Shown here: positions 47,901 through 59,900 of the stretch, piece by piece
Numbering within the stretch: position 1 is the first letter of the stretch
Layout: every line of letters starts with the position of its first letter
Assembly (NCBI GenBank): GCA_030390025.1
Contig: CM059452.1
Span: forward strand, 17,112,001 to 17,176,000
Origin: Squalus acanthias
Taxonomy: Eukaryota
Direction: 5' to 3'
Length of the DNA stretch: 64,000 bases
Position numbers and translations under genes: made by a program
The notes under the pieces: generated by a model
Told to the model about the DNA's origin: nothing
Database searches by the model: none
Seen by the model: only the letters and a program-made list of their open reading frames with translations

Positions 47901-50900
47901 CGGCTGGGTAGAGAGTGGGGCAGTGGGATTGGTTCAGGAATGGAGCAGGGCTAGGAGGAGAGAGCGGGGCAGTGGGATCGGTTGGCGAATGGAGCAGGGC
48001 AAAGGAGAGAGCGGGGCAGTGGAATAGCTTTAGGAATGGAGCAGGGCTAGGAGGAGAGAGCGGGCAGTGGGATTAGTTTAGGAATGGTGCAGGGCTAGGA
48101 GGAGAGAGCGGGGCAGTGTGATTGGTTTAGGAATGGAGCAGGGCAAGGAAGAGAGAGCGGGGCAGTGAGATTGGTTTAGGAATGGAGCAGGGCTAGGAGG
48201 AGAGAGCGGGGCAGTGGGATTAGTTTAGGAATGGTGCAGGGCAAGGAGAAGAGAGCGGTGCAGTGGGATGGGTTGAGGAATAGAGCAGGGCTAGGAGGTG
48301 AGAGTTGGGCAGTGGGATTGGATTGGGAATGGAGCAGGGCTATGAGGAGAGAGCGAGGCAGTGCGATTGGTTGAGGAATGGAGCAGGGCTAGGAGGGGAG
48401 AGCGGGGCAGTGGTATTGGATTAGGAATGGACCAGGGCTTAGTATGAGTGAGCGGGGAATTGGATTAGGTTTAGGAATGGAGCATGTCTAAGAGGAGAGA
48501 GCGGGGCAGTTGGATTTTTGGGGAATGGAGCACGGCTAGGAGGAGCTAGCGTGCAAAGGCATTTGTTGGGGAATGGAGGCAGGGCTAGGAGAGGTGAGAG
48601 CGGGGCAGTGGGATTAGATTAGGAATGGAGCAGGGCTAGGAGGAGAGAGCGGTGGAAATGGGATTGCTTTAGGAATGGAGCAGGGCTGGGGATTAGAGGA
48701 GCGGGCAGTGTGATTGGTTTAGGAATGGTGCAGGTCTAGGAGGTGGTGAGCGTGGCAGTGGGATTGGATTAGGAATGGAGCAGGCTAGGAGGAGAGAGCG
48801 GGGAAATGGGATTGGCTTAGGAATGGAGCAGGGCTAGGAGGAGAGAGCGGGTCCGTGGATTGGTTTAGGAATGGAGCAGGGCTCGGAGGAGAGAGCGGGG
48901 CAATGGGATTGGTTTAGGAAAGGAGAAGGGCTAGAAGGAGAGAGCGGGTCCGTGGGATTGGTTTAGGAATGGAACAGGGACAGGAGCAGAGGGCGGGGAA
49001 GCGGGATTGGTTTAGTAATGGAGCAGGGCTCGGAGGAGAGAGCGGGGCAGTGCGATTCTTTTGGGAACGGAGCACGGCTGGGTAGAGAGTGGGGCAGTGG
49101 GATTGGTTCAGGAATGGAGCAGGGCTAGGAGGAGAGAGCGGGGCAGTGGGATCGGTTGGCGAATGGAGCAGGGCAAAGGAGAGAGCGGGGCAGTGGAATA
49201 GCTTTAGGAATGGAGCAGGGCTAGGAGGAGAGAGCGGGCAGTGGGATTAGTTTAGGAATGGTGCAGGGCTAGGAGGGGTGAGCGTGGCAGTGGGATTGGA
49301 TTAGGAATGGAGCAGGGCTGGGAGGAGAGAGCGGGGCAGTGGGATTGGTTTAGGAATGGAGCAGGGCAAGGAGGAGAGAGCGGGGCAGTGGGATGGGTTG
49401 AGGAATAGAGCAGGGCTAGGATGAGAGAGCGTGGCAGTGGGATTGCTTTAGGAATGGAGCAGGGCTTGGAGGAGAGAGCTGGGCAGTGGGATTGGATTTG
49501 GAATGGAGCAGGGCTAGGAGGAGAGAGCTGGGCAGTCGGATTGGTTGAGGAATGGAGCAGGGCTGGGTGGTGAGTGCGGGGCAGTGGGATTGTATGTGGA
49601 ATGGAGCAGGGCTAGGAGGAGAGAGCGGGGCAGTGAGATTGGTTTAGGAATGGAGCAGGGCTAGGAGGAGAGAGCGGGTCCGTGGGATTGGTTTAGGAAT
49701 GGAGCAGGGCTCGGAGGAGAGAGCGGGGCAATGGGATTGGTTTAGGAAAGGAGAAGGGCTAGAAGGAGAGAGCGGGTCCGTGGGATTGGTTTAGGAATGG
49801 AACAGGGACAGGAGCAGAGGGCGGGGAAGCGGGATTGGTTTAGTAATGGAGCAGGGCTCGGAGGAGAGAGCGGGGCAGTGCGATTCTTTTGGGAACGGAG
49901 CACGGCTGGGTAGAGAGTGGGGCAGTGGGATTGGTTCAGGAATGGAGCAGGGCTAGGAGGAGAGAGCGGGGCAGTGGGATCGGTTGGCGAATGGAGCAGG
50001 GCAAAGGAGAGAGCGGGGCAGTGGAATAGCTTTAGGAATGGAGCAGGGCTAGGAGGAGAGAGCGGGCAGTGGGATTAGTTTAGGAATGGTGCAGGGCTAG
50101 GAGGAGAGAGCGGGGCAGTGTGATTGGTTTAGGAATGGAGCAGGGCAAGGAAGAGAGAGCGGGGCAGTGAGATTGGTTTAGGAATGGAGCAGGGCTAGGA
50201 GGAGAGAGCGGGGCAGTGGGATTAGTTTAGGAATGGTGCAGGGCAAGGAGGAGAGAGCGGTGCAGTGGGATGGGTTGAGGAATAGAGCAGGGCTAGGAGG
50301 TGAGAGTTGGGCAGTGGGATTGGATTGGGAATGGAGCAGGGCTATGAGGAGAGAGCGAGGCAGTGCGATTGGTTGAGGAATGGAGCAGGGCTGGGTAGAG
50401 AGTGGGGCAGTGGGATTGGGTTAGGAATGGAGAGGGGCTAGGAGGAGAGAGCAGGGCAGTGGTTTTGGATTAGGAATGGACCAGGGCTAAGTAGAGAGAG
50501 CGGGGAATTGAAATTAGTTTAGGAATGGAGCAGGTCTAAGAGCAGAGAGCGGGGCAGTTGGATTTTTGGGGGAATTGATAAGGGCTAGGAGGAGAGAGCG
50601 GGCAGAGTGATTGGTTGGGGAGTCGAGCAGGGCTTGGAGGAGAGAGCGGGACAGTGGGATTGGTTTAGGAATGGAGCAGGGCTGGGAGGAGAGAGCGGGG
50701 TTGTGCGATTCTTTTGGGAATGGAGCAGGGCTGGAGAGAGAGTGGGGCAGTGGGTTTGGTTTAGGAATGGAGAGGGGCTAGGAGGAGAGAGCGGGGCAGT
50801 GGGATTGGATTAGGAATGGACCAGGGCTTAGTAGAGAGAGCGGGGAATTGGAATTAGTTTAGGAATGGAGCAGGTCTAAGAGGAGAGAGCGGGGCAGTTG

Positions 50901-53900
50901 GATTTTTGGGGGAATGGAGCAGGGCTAGGAGGAGAGAGCTTTGCAGTGGGATTGGTTTAGGAATGGAGCAGGGGTAGGAGGAGAGAGCAGGGCAGTGGGA
51001 TTGGCTGGGGAATGGAGCAGGGCTAGGAGGTGATACTGGGGCAGTGGGATTGGTTTCGGAAATGAGCAGGGCTAGGAGGAGAGAGCTGGGCAGAGGGATT
51101 GGTTTAGATATGGAGCAGGGCTAGGAGTAGAGAGCGGGGCAGTGGGATCGGTTGGGGAATGGAGCAGGGCTTGCAGGAGAGAGCGGGACAGTGGGATTGT
51201 TGGGGAATCGAGCAGGGCTCTGATAAGAGAGCGGGGCAGTGGAATTGCTTTAGGAATGGAGCAGTGGTAGTAGGAGTGAGCCGGTCCGTGGGATTAGTTT
51301 AGGAATGTAGCAGGGCTAGTAGGAGAGAGCGGGGCAGTGGGATTAGTTTAGGAATGGAGCAGGGCTGGGAGGAGTGAGCGGGAAATGTGATTGGTTTAGG
51401 AATGGAGCAGGTCTAGGAGGGGTGAGCGTGGCAGTGGGATTGGATTAGGAATGGAACAGGGCTAGGAGGAGAGAGCGGGGTAGTGGGATTGGTTTAGGAA
51501 TGCAGCAGGGCAAGGAGGAGAGAGCGGGGCAGTGGGATGGGTTGAGGAATAGAGCAGGGCTAGGATGAGAGAGCGGGGCAGTGGGATTGGTTTAGGAATG
51601 GAGCAGGGCTTGGAGGAGAGAGCTGGGCAGTGGGATTGGATTTGGAATGGAGCAGGGCTAGGAGGAGAGAGCGTGACAGAGGGATTTGTTTCGGAAAGGT
51701 GCAGGGCTAGGGTGAGAGAGCGGGAAAGTGGGATAGGTTTAGGAATGGAGCAGGGCTTGGAGGAGAGAGCGGGGCAGTGGGATTAGTTTAGGAATGGAGC
51801 AGGGCTAGGAGGAGAGAGCGGGGAAATGTGATTGGTTTAGGAATGGAGCAGGTCTAGGAAGGGTGAGCGTGGCAGTGGGATTGGATTAGGAATGGAGCAG
51901 GGCTAGGAGGAGAGAGCGGGGTAGTGGGTTTGGTTTAGGAATGGAGCAGGGCTAGGAGGAGAGAGCGGGGCAGTGGGATGGGTTGAGGAATAGAGCAGGG
52001 CTAGGATGAGAGAGCGTGGCAGTGGGATTGGTTTAGGAATGGAGCAGGGCTTGGAGGAGAGAGCTGGGCAGTGGGATTGGATTTGGAATGGAGCAGGGCT
52101 AGGAGGAGAGAGCGGGGCAGAGGGATTTGTTTAGGAAAGGTGCAGGGCTAGGTGAGAGAGCGGGAAAGTGGGATAGGTTTAGGAATGGAGCAGGGCTAGG
52201 AGGTGAGAGCGTGCAATGGGATTTGTTGGGGAATGGAGCAGGGCTAGGAGGAGAGAGCTTTGCAGTGGGATTAGTTTAGGAATTGTGCAGGGCTTGGAGG
52301 AGAGAGTGGGGAAGTGGAATTATTTTAGGAATAGAGCAGGGCTAGGAGGAGAGAGCGGGGCAGTTGGATTTTTAGGGGAATGGAGCAGGGCTAGGAGTAG
52401 AGTGCGGGGCAGTTTGATTGTTTGGGGAATGGAGCAGGCTAGCTGGAGAGAGGGGGTCAGTGGGATTGGTTTAGGAATGGAACAGGGCTAGAAGGAGAGA
52501 GCGGGTCCGTGGGATTGGTTTAGGAATGGAACAGGGCGAGGAGCAGAGGGCGGGGAAGCGGGATTGGTTTAGTAATGGAGCAGGGCTCGGAGGAGAGAGC
52601 GGGGCAGGGATTGGTTTTGGATTGGAGCAGGGCTAGGAGAAGAGAGCGGGGCAGTCGGATTGGTTTTGGAATGGAGCAGGGCTAGGAGAAGAGAGCGGGG
52701 CAGTGTGACTGGTATAGGAATGGAGCAGGGCTAGGAGCAGAGAGCGGGACACTGGGATTGGTTTAGGAAAGGAGCAAGCTTAGGAGGAGAGAGTGGGGCA
52801 GTGGGATTGGTTTGGGAATGTTGCCGGGCTAGGAGGAGAGAGCGGGTCAGTGCGATTCTTTTGGGAATGGAGCACGGCTGGGTAGAGAGTGGGCAGTGGA
52901 TTGGTTTAGGAATGGAGCAGGGCTTAGAGGAGAGAGCGGGGCAGATGGACATTTGGGGGAATGGAGCAGGGCAAAGGAGAGAGCGGGGCAGTGCGATTCT
53001 TTTGGGAATGGAGCACGGCTGGGTAGAGAGTGGGGCAGTGGGATTGGTTTAGGAATGGAGCAGGGCTTAGAGGAGAGAGCGGGGCAGATGGACATTTGGG
53101 GGAATGGAGCAGGGCAAAGGAGAGAGCGGGGCAGTGGAATAGCTTTAGGAATGGAGCAGTGGTAGGAGGAGTGAGACGGGCCTTGGGATTGGTTTAGGAA
53201 TGTCGCAGGGCTAGGAGGAGAGAGCGGGGCAGTGGGATTAGTTTAGGAATGGAGCAGTGCTATATGGAGAGAGCGGGGTAGTGGGATTGGTTGGGGAAGT
53301 GAGCCAGTCTGGGAGGAGAGCGCGGGTCTGTGGGTTTGGTTGGGGTGTCAAGCAGGGCTTGGAGGTGAGAGCGGGGCAGTGGGATTGGTTTAGGAATGGA
53401 GCAGGGCTAGGAGGATATAGCGGGGCATGTGGGATTGGTTGCGAAATTGAGCAGGACTAGGAGGAGAGTGTGGGGTAGTGGGATTGGTTGAAGAATGCAG
53501 CACGGCTAGGAGGAGAGACCGGGGCAGTGGGACATGTTGGGGAATGGAGCAGGGCAAGGAGGAGAGAGCGGGGCAGTGGGACATGTTGGGGAGTCGAGCA
53601 GGGCTAGGAGGAGAGAGCGGGACAGTGGAATTGGTTTAGGAATGGAGCAAGCTTAGGAGGAGAGAGTGGGGCAGTGGGATTGGTTTGGGAATGTTGTAGG
53701 GCTGGGAGGAGAGAGCGGGGCAGTGCGATTCTTTTGGGAATGGAGCAGGGCTGGTTAGAGAGTGGGGCAGTGGGATTGGATTAGGAATGGAGAGGGGCTA
53801 GGAGGAGAGAGTGGGGCAGTGGGATTGGATTAGGAATGGACCAGGGCTTAGTAGAGAGAGCGGGGAATTGGAATTAGTTTAGGAATGGAGCAGGTCTAAG

Positions 53901-56900
53901 AGGAGAGAGCGGGGCAGTTGGATTTTTGGGGGAATGCAGCACGGCTAGGAGGAGAGAGCGTGCAATGGGATTTGTTGGGGAATGGAGCAGGGCTAGGAGG
54001 AGAGAGCGTTGCAGTGGGATTGGTTTAGGAATGGAGCAGGGGTCGGAGGAGAGAGCGGGGCAGTGGGATTGGATTAGGAATGGATCAGGGCTAAGTAGAG
54101 AGAGCGGGGAATTGAAATTAGTTTAGGAATGGAGCAGGTCTAAGGGGAGAGAGCGGGGCAGTTGGATTTTTGGGGGAATGGAACAGGGCTGGGAGGAGAG
54201 AGCGTGGCAGTTGGATTGGTTGGGTAGTCGAGCAGGGCTAGGAGGAGAGAGCGGGACAGTGGGATTAGTGTAGGAATGGAGCAAGCTTAGGAGGAGAGAG
54301 TGAGGCAGTGGGATTGGTTTGGGAATGTTGCAGGGCTGGGAGGAGAGAGCGGGGCAGTGCGATTCTTTTGTGAATGGAGCAGGGCTGAGTAGAGAGTGGG
54401 GCAGTGGGATTGGTTTAGGAATGGAGCAGGGCTAGGAGGAGAGAGCGGGGCAGTGGGATTGGCTTAGGAATTGGAGCAGGGCTAGTAGGAGAGAGCGGGG
54501 CAGTGGATTGGTTAGGAATGGAGCAGTCTAGGAGGAGAGAGCGGGGCAGTTGGATTCTTTAGGAATGGAGCAGGTAGGAGAGAGAGCGTGCCAAGGGATT
54601 GTTTGGGAATGGTGCAGGGCTAGGAGGAGAGAGCGGGGCAGTGGGATTATTTAGGAATGGAGCAGTGGTAGGAGGAGTGAGCCCGGGCCGTGGATTGTTT
54701 AGGAATGTAGCAGGGCTAGGAGGAGAGAGCGGGGCAGTGGATTGGTAGGATGGAGCAGGGCTAGGAGGAAGGAGAGCGGGGCAGTGGATTGCTTAGGAAT
54801 GGAGCAGGGTCTAGGAGGAGAGAGCGGGCAGTGGATTGTTTTGGGAATGGAGCAGGGCTAGGAGGAGGAGCGTGGCAGTGGGATTGGTTTAGGAATGGAG
54901 CAGGGCTGGGAGGAGAGAGCGGGGTAGTGGGATTGGATTAGGAATGGAGCAGGGCTAGGAGGAGAGAGCGGGGCAGTGGGATTGGTTGAGGAATGGAGCA
55001 GGGCTGGGTGGTGAGTGCGGGGCTGTGGGATTGTATGTGGAATGGAGCGGGGCCAAGAGGAGACAGACGGGCAGTGGGATTGGATTAGGAAAGGAGAAGG
55101 GCTAGAAGGAGAGAGCGGGTCCGTGGGATTGGTTTAGGAATGGAACAGGGACAGGAGCAGAGGGCGGGGAAGCGGGATTGGTTTAGTAATGGAGCAGGGC
55201 TCGGAGGAGAGAGCGGGGCAGTCCGATTCTTTTGGGAACGGAGCACGGCTGGGTAGAGAGTGGGGCAGTGGGATTGGTTCAGGAATGGAGCAGGGCTAGG
55301 AGGAGACAGCGGGGCAGTGGGATCGGTTGGCGAATGGAGCAGGGCAAAGGAGAGAGCGGGGCAGTGGAATAGCTTTAGGAATGGAGCAGGGCTAGGAGGA
55401 GAGAGCGGGGCAGTGTGATTGGTTTAGGAATGGAGCAGGGCTAGGAGGAGAGAGCGGGGCAGTGTGATTGGTTTAGGAATGGAGCAGGGCTAGGAAGAGA
55501 GAGCGGGGCAGTGGGATTAGTTTAGGAATGGTGCAGGGCTAGGAGGAGAGAGCGGGGCAGTGTGATTGGTTTAGGAATGGAGCAGGGCAAGGAAGAGAGA
55601 GCGGAGCAGTGAGATTGGTTTAGGAATGGAGCAGGGCTAGGAGGAGAGAGCGGGGCAGTGGGATTAGTTTAGGAATGGTGCAGGGCAAGGAGGAGAGAGC
55701 GGGGCAGTGCGATTCTTTTGGGAACGGAGCACGGCTGGGTAGAGAGTGGGGCAGTGGGATTGGTTCAGGAATGGAGCAGGGCTAGGAGGAGACAGCGGGG
55801 CAGTGGGATCGGTTGGCGAATGGAGCAGGGCAAAGGAGCTAGCGGGGCAGTGGAATAGCTTTAGGAATGGAGCAGGGCTAGGAGGAGAGAGCGGGGCAGT
55901 GGGATTAGTTTAGGAATGGAGCAGGGTAGGAGGATGAGAGCGGGGCAGTGGATTGGTTTAGGAATGGAGCAGGGCAGGGAGGAGAGAGCGGGGCGTGGGA
56001 TTGGTTTAGGAATGGAGCAGGGCTAGGAGGAGAGAGCGGGGCAGTGGGAATGGTTTAGAATGGAGCAGGCTAGGAGGAGAGAGCGGGGCAGTGGGATAGG
56101 TTTAGGAATGAGCAGGGCTAGGAGGAGAGAGCGGGCAGTGGGATTGGTTTAGGAATGGAGCAGAGGCTAGGAGGAGAGAGCGGGGCAGTGGGATTGGTTT
56201 AGGAATGGAGCAGGGCTAGGAGGAGAGAGTCGGGGCCAGTGGGATTGGTTTAGGAATGAAGCAGTCCAGGAGGAGAGAGCGGGCAGTGCGAATTGTTTAG
56301 GAAGGAGCAGGGCTCGGAGGGAGAGGCGGGGCAGTGGGGATTGGTTTAGGAATGGAGCAGGGCTAGGAGGAGAGAGCGGGGCAGTGGGATTGGTTTAGGA
56401 ATGGAGCAGGGGCTAGGAGGAGGAGAGCGGGGCAGTGGGATTGGTTGAGGGAATGGAGCAGGGCAAGGAGAGAAGCGGGCAGTGGGATTGGTTGAGGAAT
56501 GGAGCAGGCTGGGATGGAAGAGCGGGCAGTGGGCTTGGTTTTAGGAATGGAGACAGTGCTGGGAGGAGAGAGCGGGCAGTGGGAAAGGTTTAAGAATGGA
56601 GCAGGGCTGGCCAAGGAGAGAGTGGGCAGGGTCTTGGTTTGGAATGAAGCAGGGCTATGAGGAGAGAAGCGGGGCAGTGGGATTGGTTTAGGATGGAGCA
56701 GGGCTAGAGGAGAAGCGGGGCAGTGGGATTGGTTTTAGGAAATGGACCAAGGGCTAGGTTGAGAGAGCGCCAGGCGAGTGGAATTAGTTTTAGGAATGGA
56801 GGCAGGCTAAGAGAGTGAGCGGGCAGTTTGGATTTTGTTGGGAATGGAGCAGGATTGGGATGGCGACAGCCGACAGTGGGATGTTTTATGGAATTGAGCA

Positions 56901-59900
56901 GGGCTTGGAGGAGAGAGCGGGACAGTGGGATTGGTTTAGGAATGGAGCAAGCTTAGGAGGAGAGAGTGGGGCAGGGGGATTGGTTTGGGAATGTTGCAGG
57001 GCTGGGAGGAGAGAGCGGGGTTGTGCGATTCTTTTGGGAATGGAGCAGGGCTGGAGAGAGAGTGGGGCAGTGGGTTTGGTTTAGGAATGGAGAGGGGCTA
57101 GGAGGAGAGAGCGGGGCAGTGGGATTGGATTAGGAATGGACCAGGGCTTAGTAGAGAGAGCGGGGAATTGGAATTAGTTTAGGAATGGAGCAGGTCTAAG
57201 AGGAGAGAGCGGGGCAGTTGGATTTTTGGGGGAATGGAGCAGGGCTAGGAGGAGAGAGCTTTGCATTGGGATTGGTTTAGGAATGGAGCAGGGGTAGGAG
57301 GAGAGAGCAGGGCAGTGGGATTGGCTGGGGAATGGAGCAGGGCTAGGAGGTGATACTGGGGCAGTGGGATTGGTTTCGGAAATGAGCAGGGCTAGGAGGA
57401 GAGAGCTGGGCAGAGGGATTGGTTTAGAAATGGAGCAGGGCTAGGAGTAGAGAGCGGGGCAGTGGGATCGGTTGGGAATGGAGCAGGGCTTGAGGAGAGA
57501 GCGGGGCAGTGGGATTGTTAGGGGAATCGAGCAGGGCTAGATAAGAGAGCGGGGCAGTGGATTGCTTCAGAATGGAGCAGTGTAGTAGGTGTGAGCCGGT
57601 CCGTGGATTAGTTTTAGGAATGTAGCAGGGCTAGTAGGAGAGAGCGGGGCAGTGGGATTAGTTTAGGAATGGAGCAGGGCTGGAGGAGAGAGCGGGGAAA
57701 TGTGATTGGTTTAGGAATGGAGCAGGTCTAGGAGGGAGAGAGCGTGGCAGTGGGATTGGATTAGGAATGGAGCAGGGCTAGGAGGAGAGAGCGGGGCTAG
57801 TGGGATTGGTTTAGGAATGGAGCAGGAGCAAGGAGGAGAGAGCGGGGCAGTGGGATGGGTTGGAGAATAGAGCAGGCTAGGATGAGTGAGCGGGGCAGTG
57901 GGATTGGTTAGGAATGGAGCAGGGCTTGGAGGAGAGAGCTGGGCAGTGGGATTGGATTTGGAATGGAGCAGGGCTAGGAGGAGAGAGCGTGGCAGAGGGA
58001 TTTGTTTAGGAAAGGTGCAGGGCTAGGGTGAGAGAGCGGGAAAGTGGGATAGGTTTAGGAATGGAGCAGGGCTAGGAGGAGAGAGCGGGGCAGTGGGATT
58101 AGTTTAGGAATGGAGCAGGGCTAGGAGGAGAGCGCGGGGTAATGGGATTGGTTTAGGAATGGCACGGGGCTAGGAGGAGAGAGCGGGGCAGTGGGATTGC
58201 TTTAGGAATGGAGCAGGGCTGGGAGGAGAGAGCGGGAAATGTGATTGGTTTAGGAATGGAGCAGGTCTAGGAGGGGTGAGCGTGGCAGTGGGATTGGATT
58301 AGGAATGGAGCAGGGCTAGGAGGAGAGAGCGGGGCAGAGGGATTTGTTTATGAAAGGTGCAGGGCTAGGTGAGAGAGCGGGAAAGTGGGATAGGTTTAGG
58401 AATGGAGCAGGGCTAGGAGGAGAGAGCGGGGTAGTCGGATTGGTTAAGGAATTGAGCAGACCTAGGATCAGAGAGCGGGGCAGTGGGATTGTTGAAGGAA
58501 TGGTGCAGGGCTAGGAGGAGAGACCGGTAGAGTGGTTTTGGTTTCGGAATGGAGCAGGGTTAGGAGTAGAGGGCGGGAGAGTGGGATTGGTTTAGGAATG
58601 GAGCAGGGCTAGGAGTAGAGAGCGGGATAGTGGGTTTGGTTCCGAAATGGAGCAGGGCTAGGAGTAGAGAGCGGGAGAGTGGGATTGGTTTAGGAATGGA
58701 GCAGGGCTAGGAGGAGAGAGCGGGACAGTGGGATTGGTTTAGGAATGGAGCAGGGCTAGGAGTAGAGAACGGGAGAGTGGGATTTGTTTAGGAATGGAGC
58801 AGGGCTAGGAGGAGAGGGTGTGGCAGTGGGATTGGTTTGGGAATGGATCAGGGCTAGGAGGAGAGAGCGGGGCAGTGGGATTGGTTGATGAATGGAGCAG
58901 GGCTAGGAGGAGAGAGCGGGGCAGTGGGATTAGTTTAGGAATGGAGAAGGGCTAGGAGGAGAGAGCGGGGCAGTGGGATTAGTTTAGGAATAGAGTAGGG
59001 CTAGGAGGAGAGAGCGGGGCAGTGCGATTAGTTTAGGAATGGAGAAGGGCTAGGAGGAGAGAGCGGGGCAGTGGGATTAGTTTAGGAATAGAGTAGATCT
59101 CGGAGGAGAGAGCGGGGCAGTGGGATTAGTTTAGGAATGGAGAAGGGCTAGGAGGAGAGAGCGGGGCCGTGGGATTAGTTTAGGAATGGAGAAGGGCTAG
59201 GAGGAGAGAGCGGGGCAGTGGGATTAGTTTAGGAATAGAGTAGGGCTAGGAGGAGAGAGCGGGGCAGTGGGATTTTTTGGGGAATGGAGCAGGGCTAGGA
59301 GGAGAGAGCGGGGCAGTGGGATTTTTTGGGGAATGGAGCAGGGCTAGGAGGAGAGAGCGGGGCAGTGGGATTGGTTTAGGAATGGAGCAGGGCTAGGAGG
59401 AGAGAGTGGGGCAGTGGGATTGGTTTAGGAATGGAGCAGGGATAGGAGGAGAGAGCGGGGCAGTGGAATTGGTTGAGGAATGGAGCAGGGTTAGGACGAG
59501 AGAGCGGGGCAGTGGGATTTGTTTAGGAATGGGGCAGTACTAGGACGAGAGAGCGGGCCAGTGGGATTGGTTCGGGAATGGAGCAGGGCTAGGTGGAGAG
59601 AGCGGTTAAGTGAGATAGGTTTAGGAATAGAACAGGGCTAGGAGAAGTATAAAGCAGGCAGTGGGATTGGTTTAGGAATGGAGCAGGGCTAGGAGGAGAG
59701 AGCGGGACAGTGGGATTGGTTTAGGAATGGAACAGGGCTAGGATGAGAGAGCGGGGCAGTGGGATTCGTTGGCGAATGGAGCAGGGGTAGGAGGAGAGAG
59801 CGGTGCAGTGTGATTGGATTGGAAATGGTGCCGGGCTAGGAGGAGAGAGCGGGACATTGGGATTGGTTTGGGAATTAAGCAGTGCTAGGAGGAGACAGCG

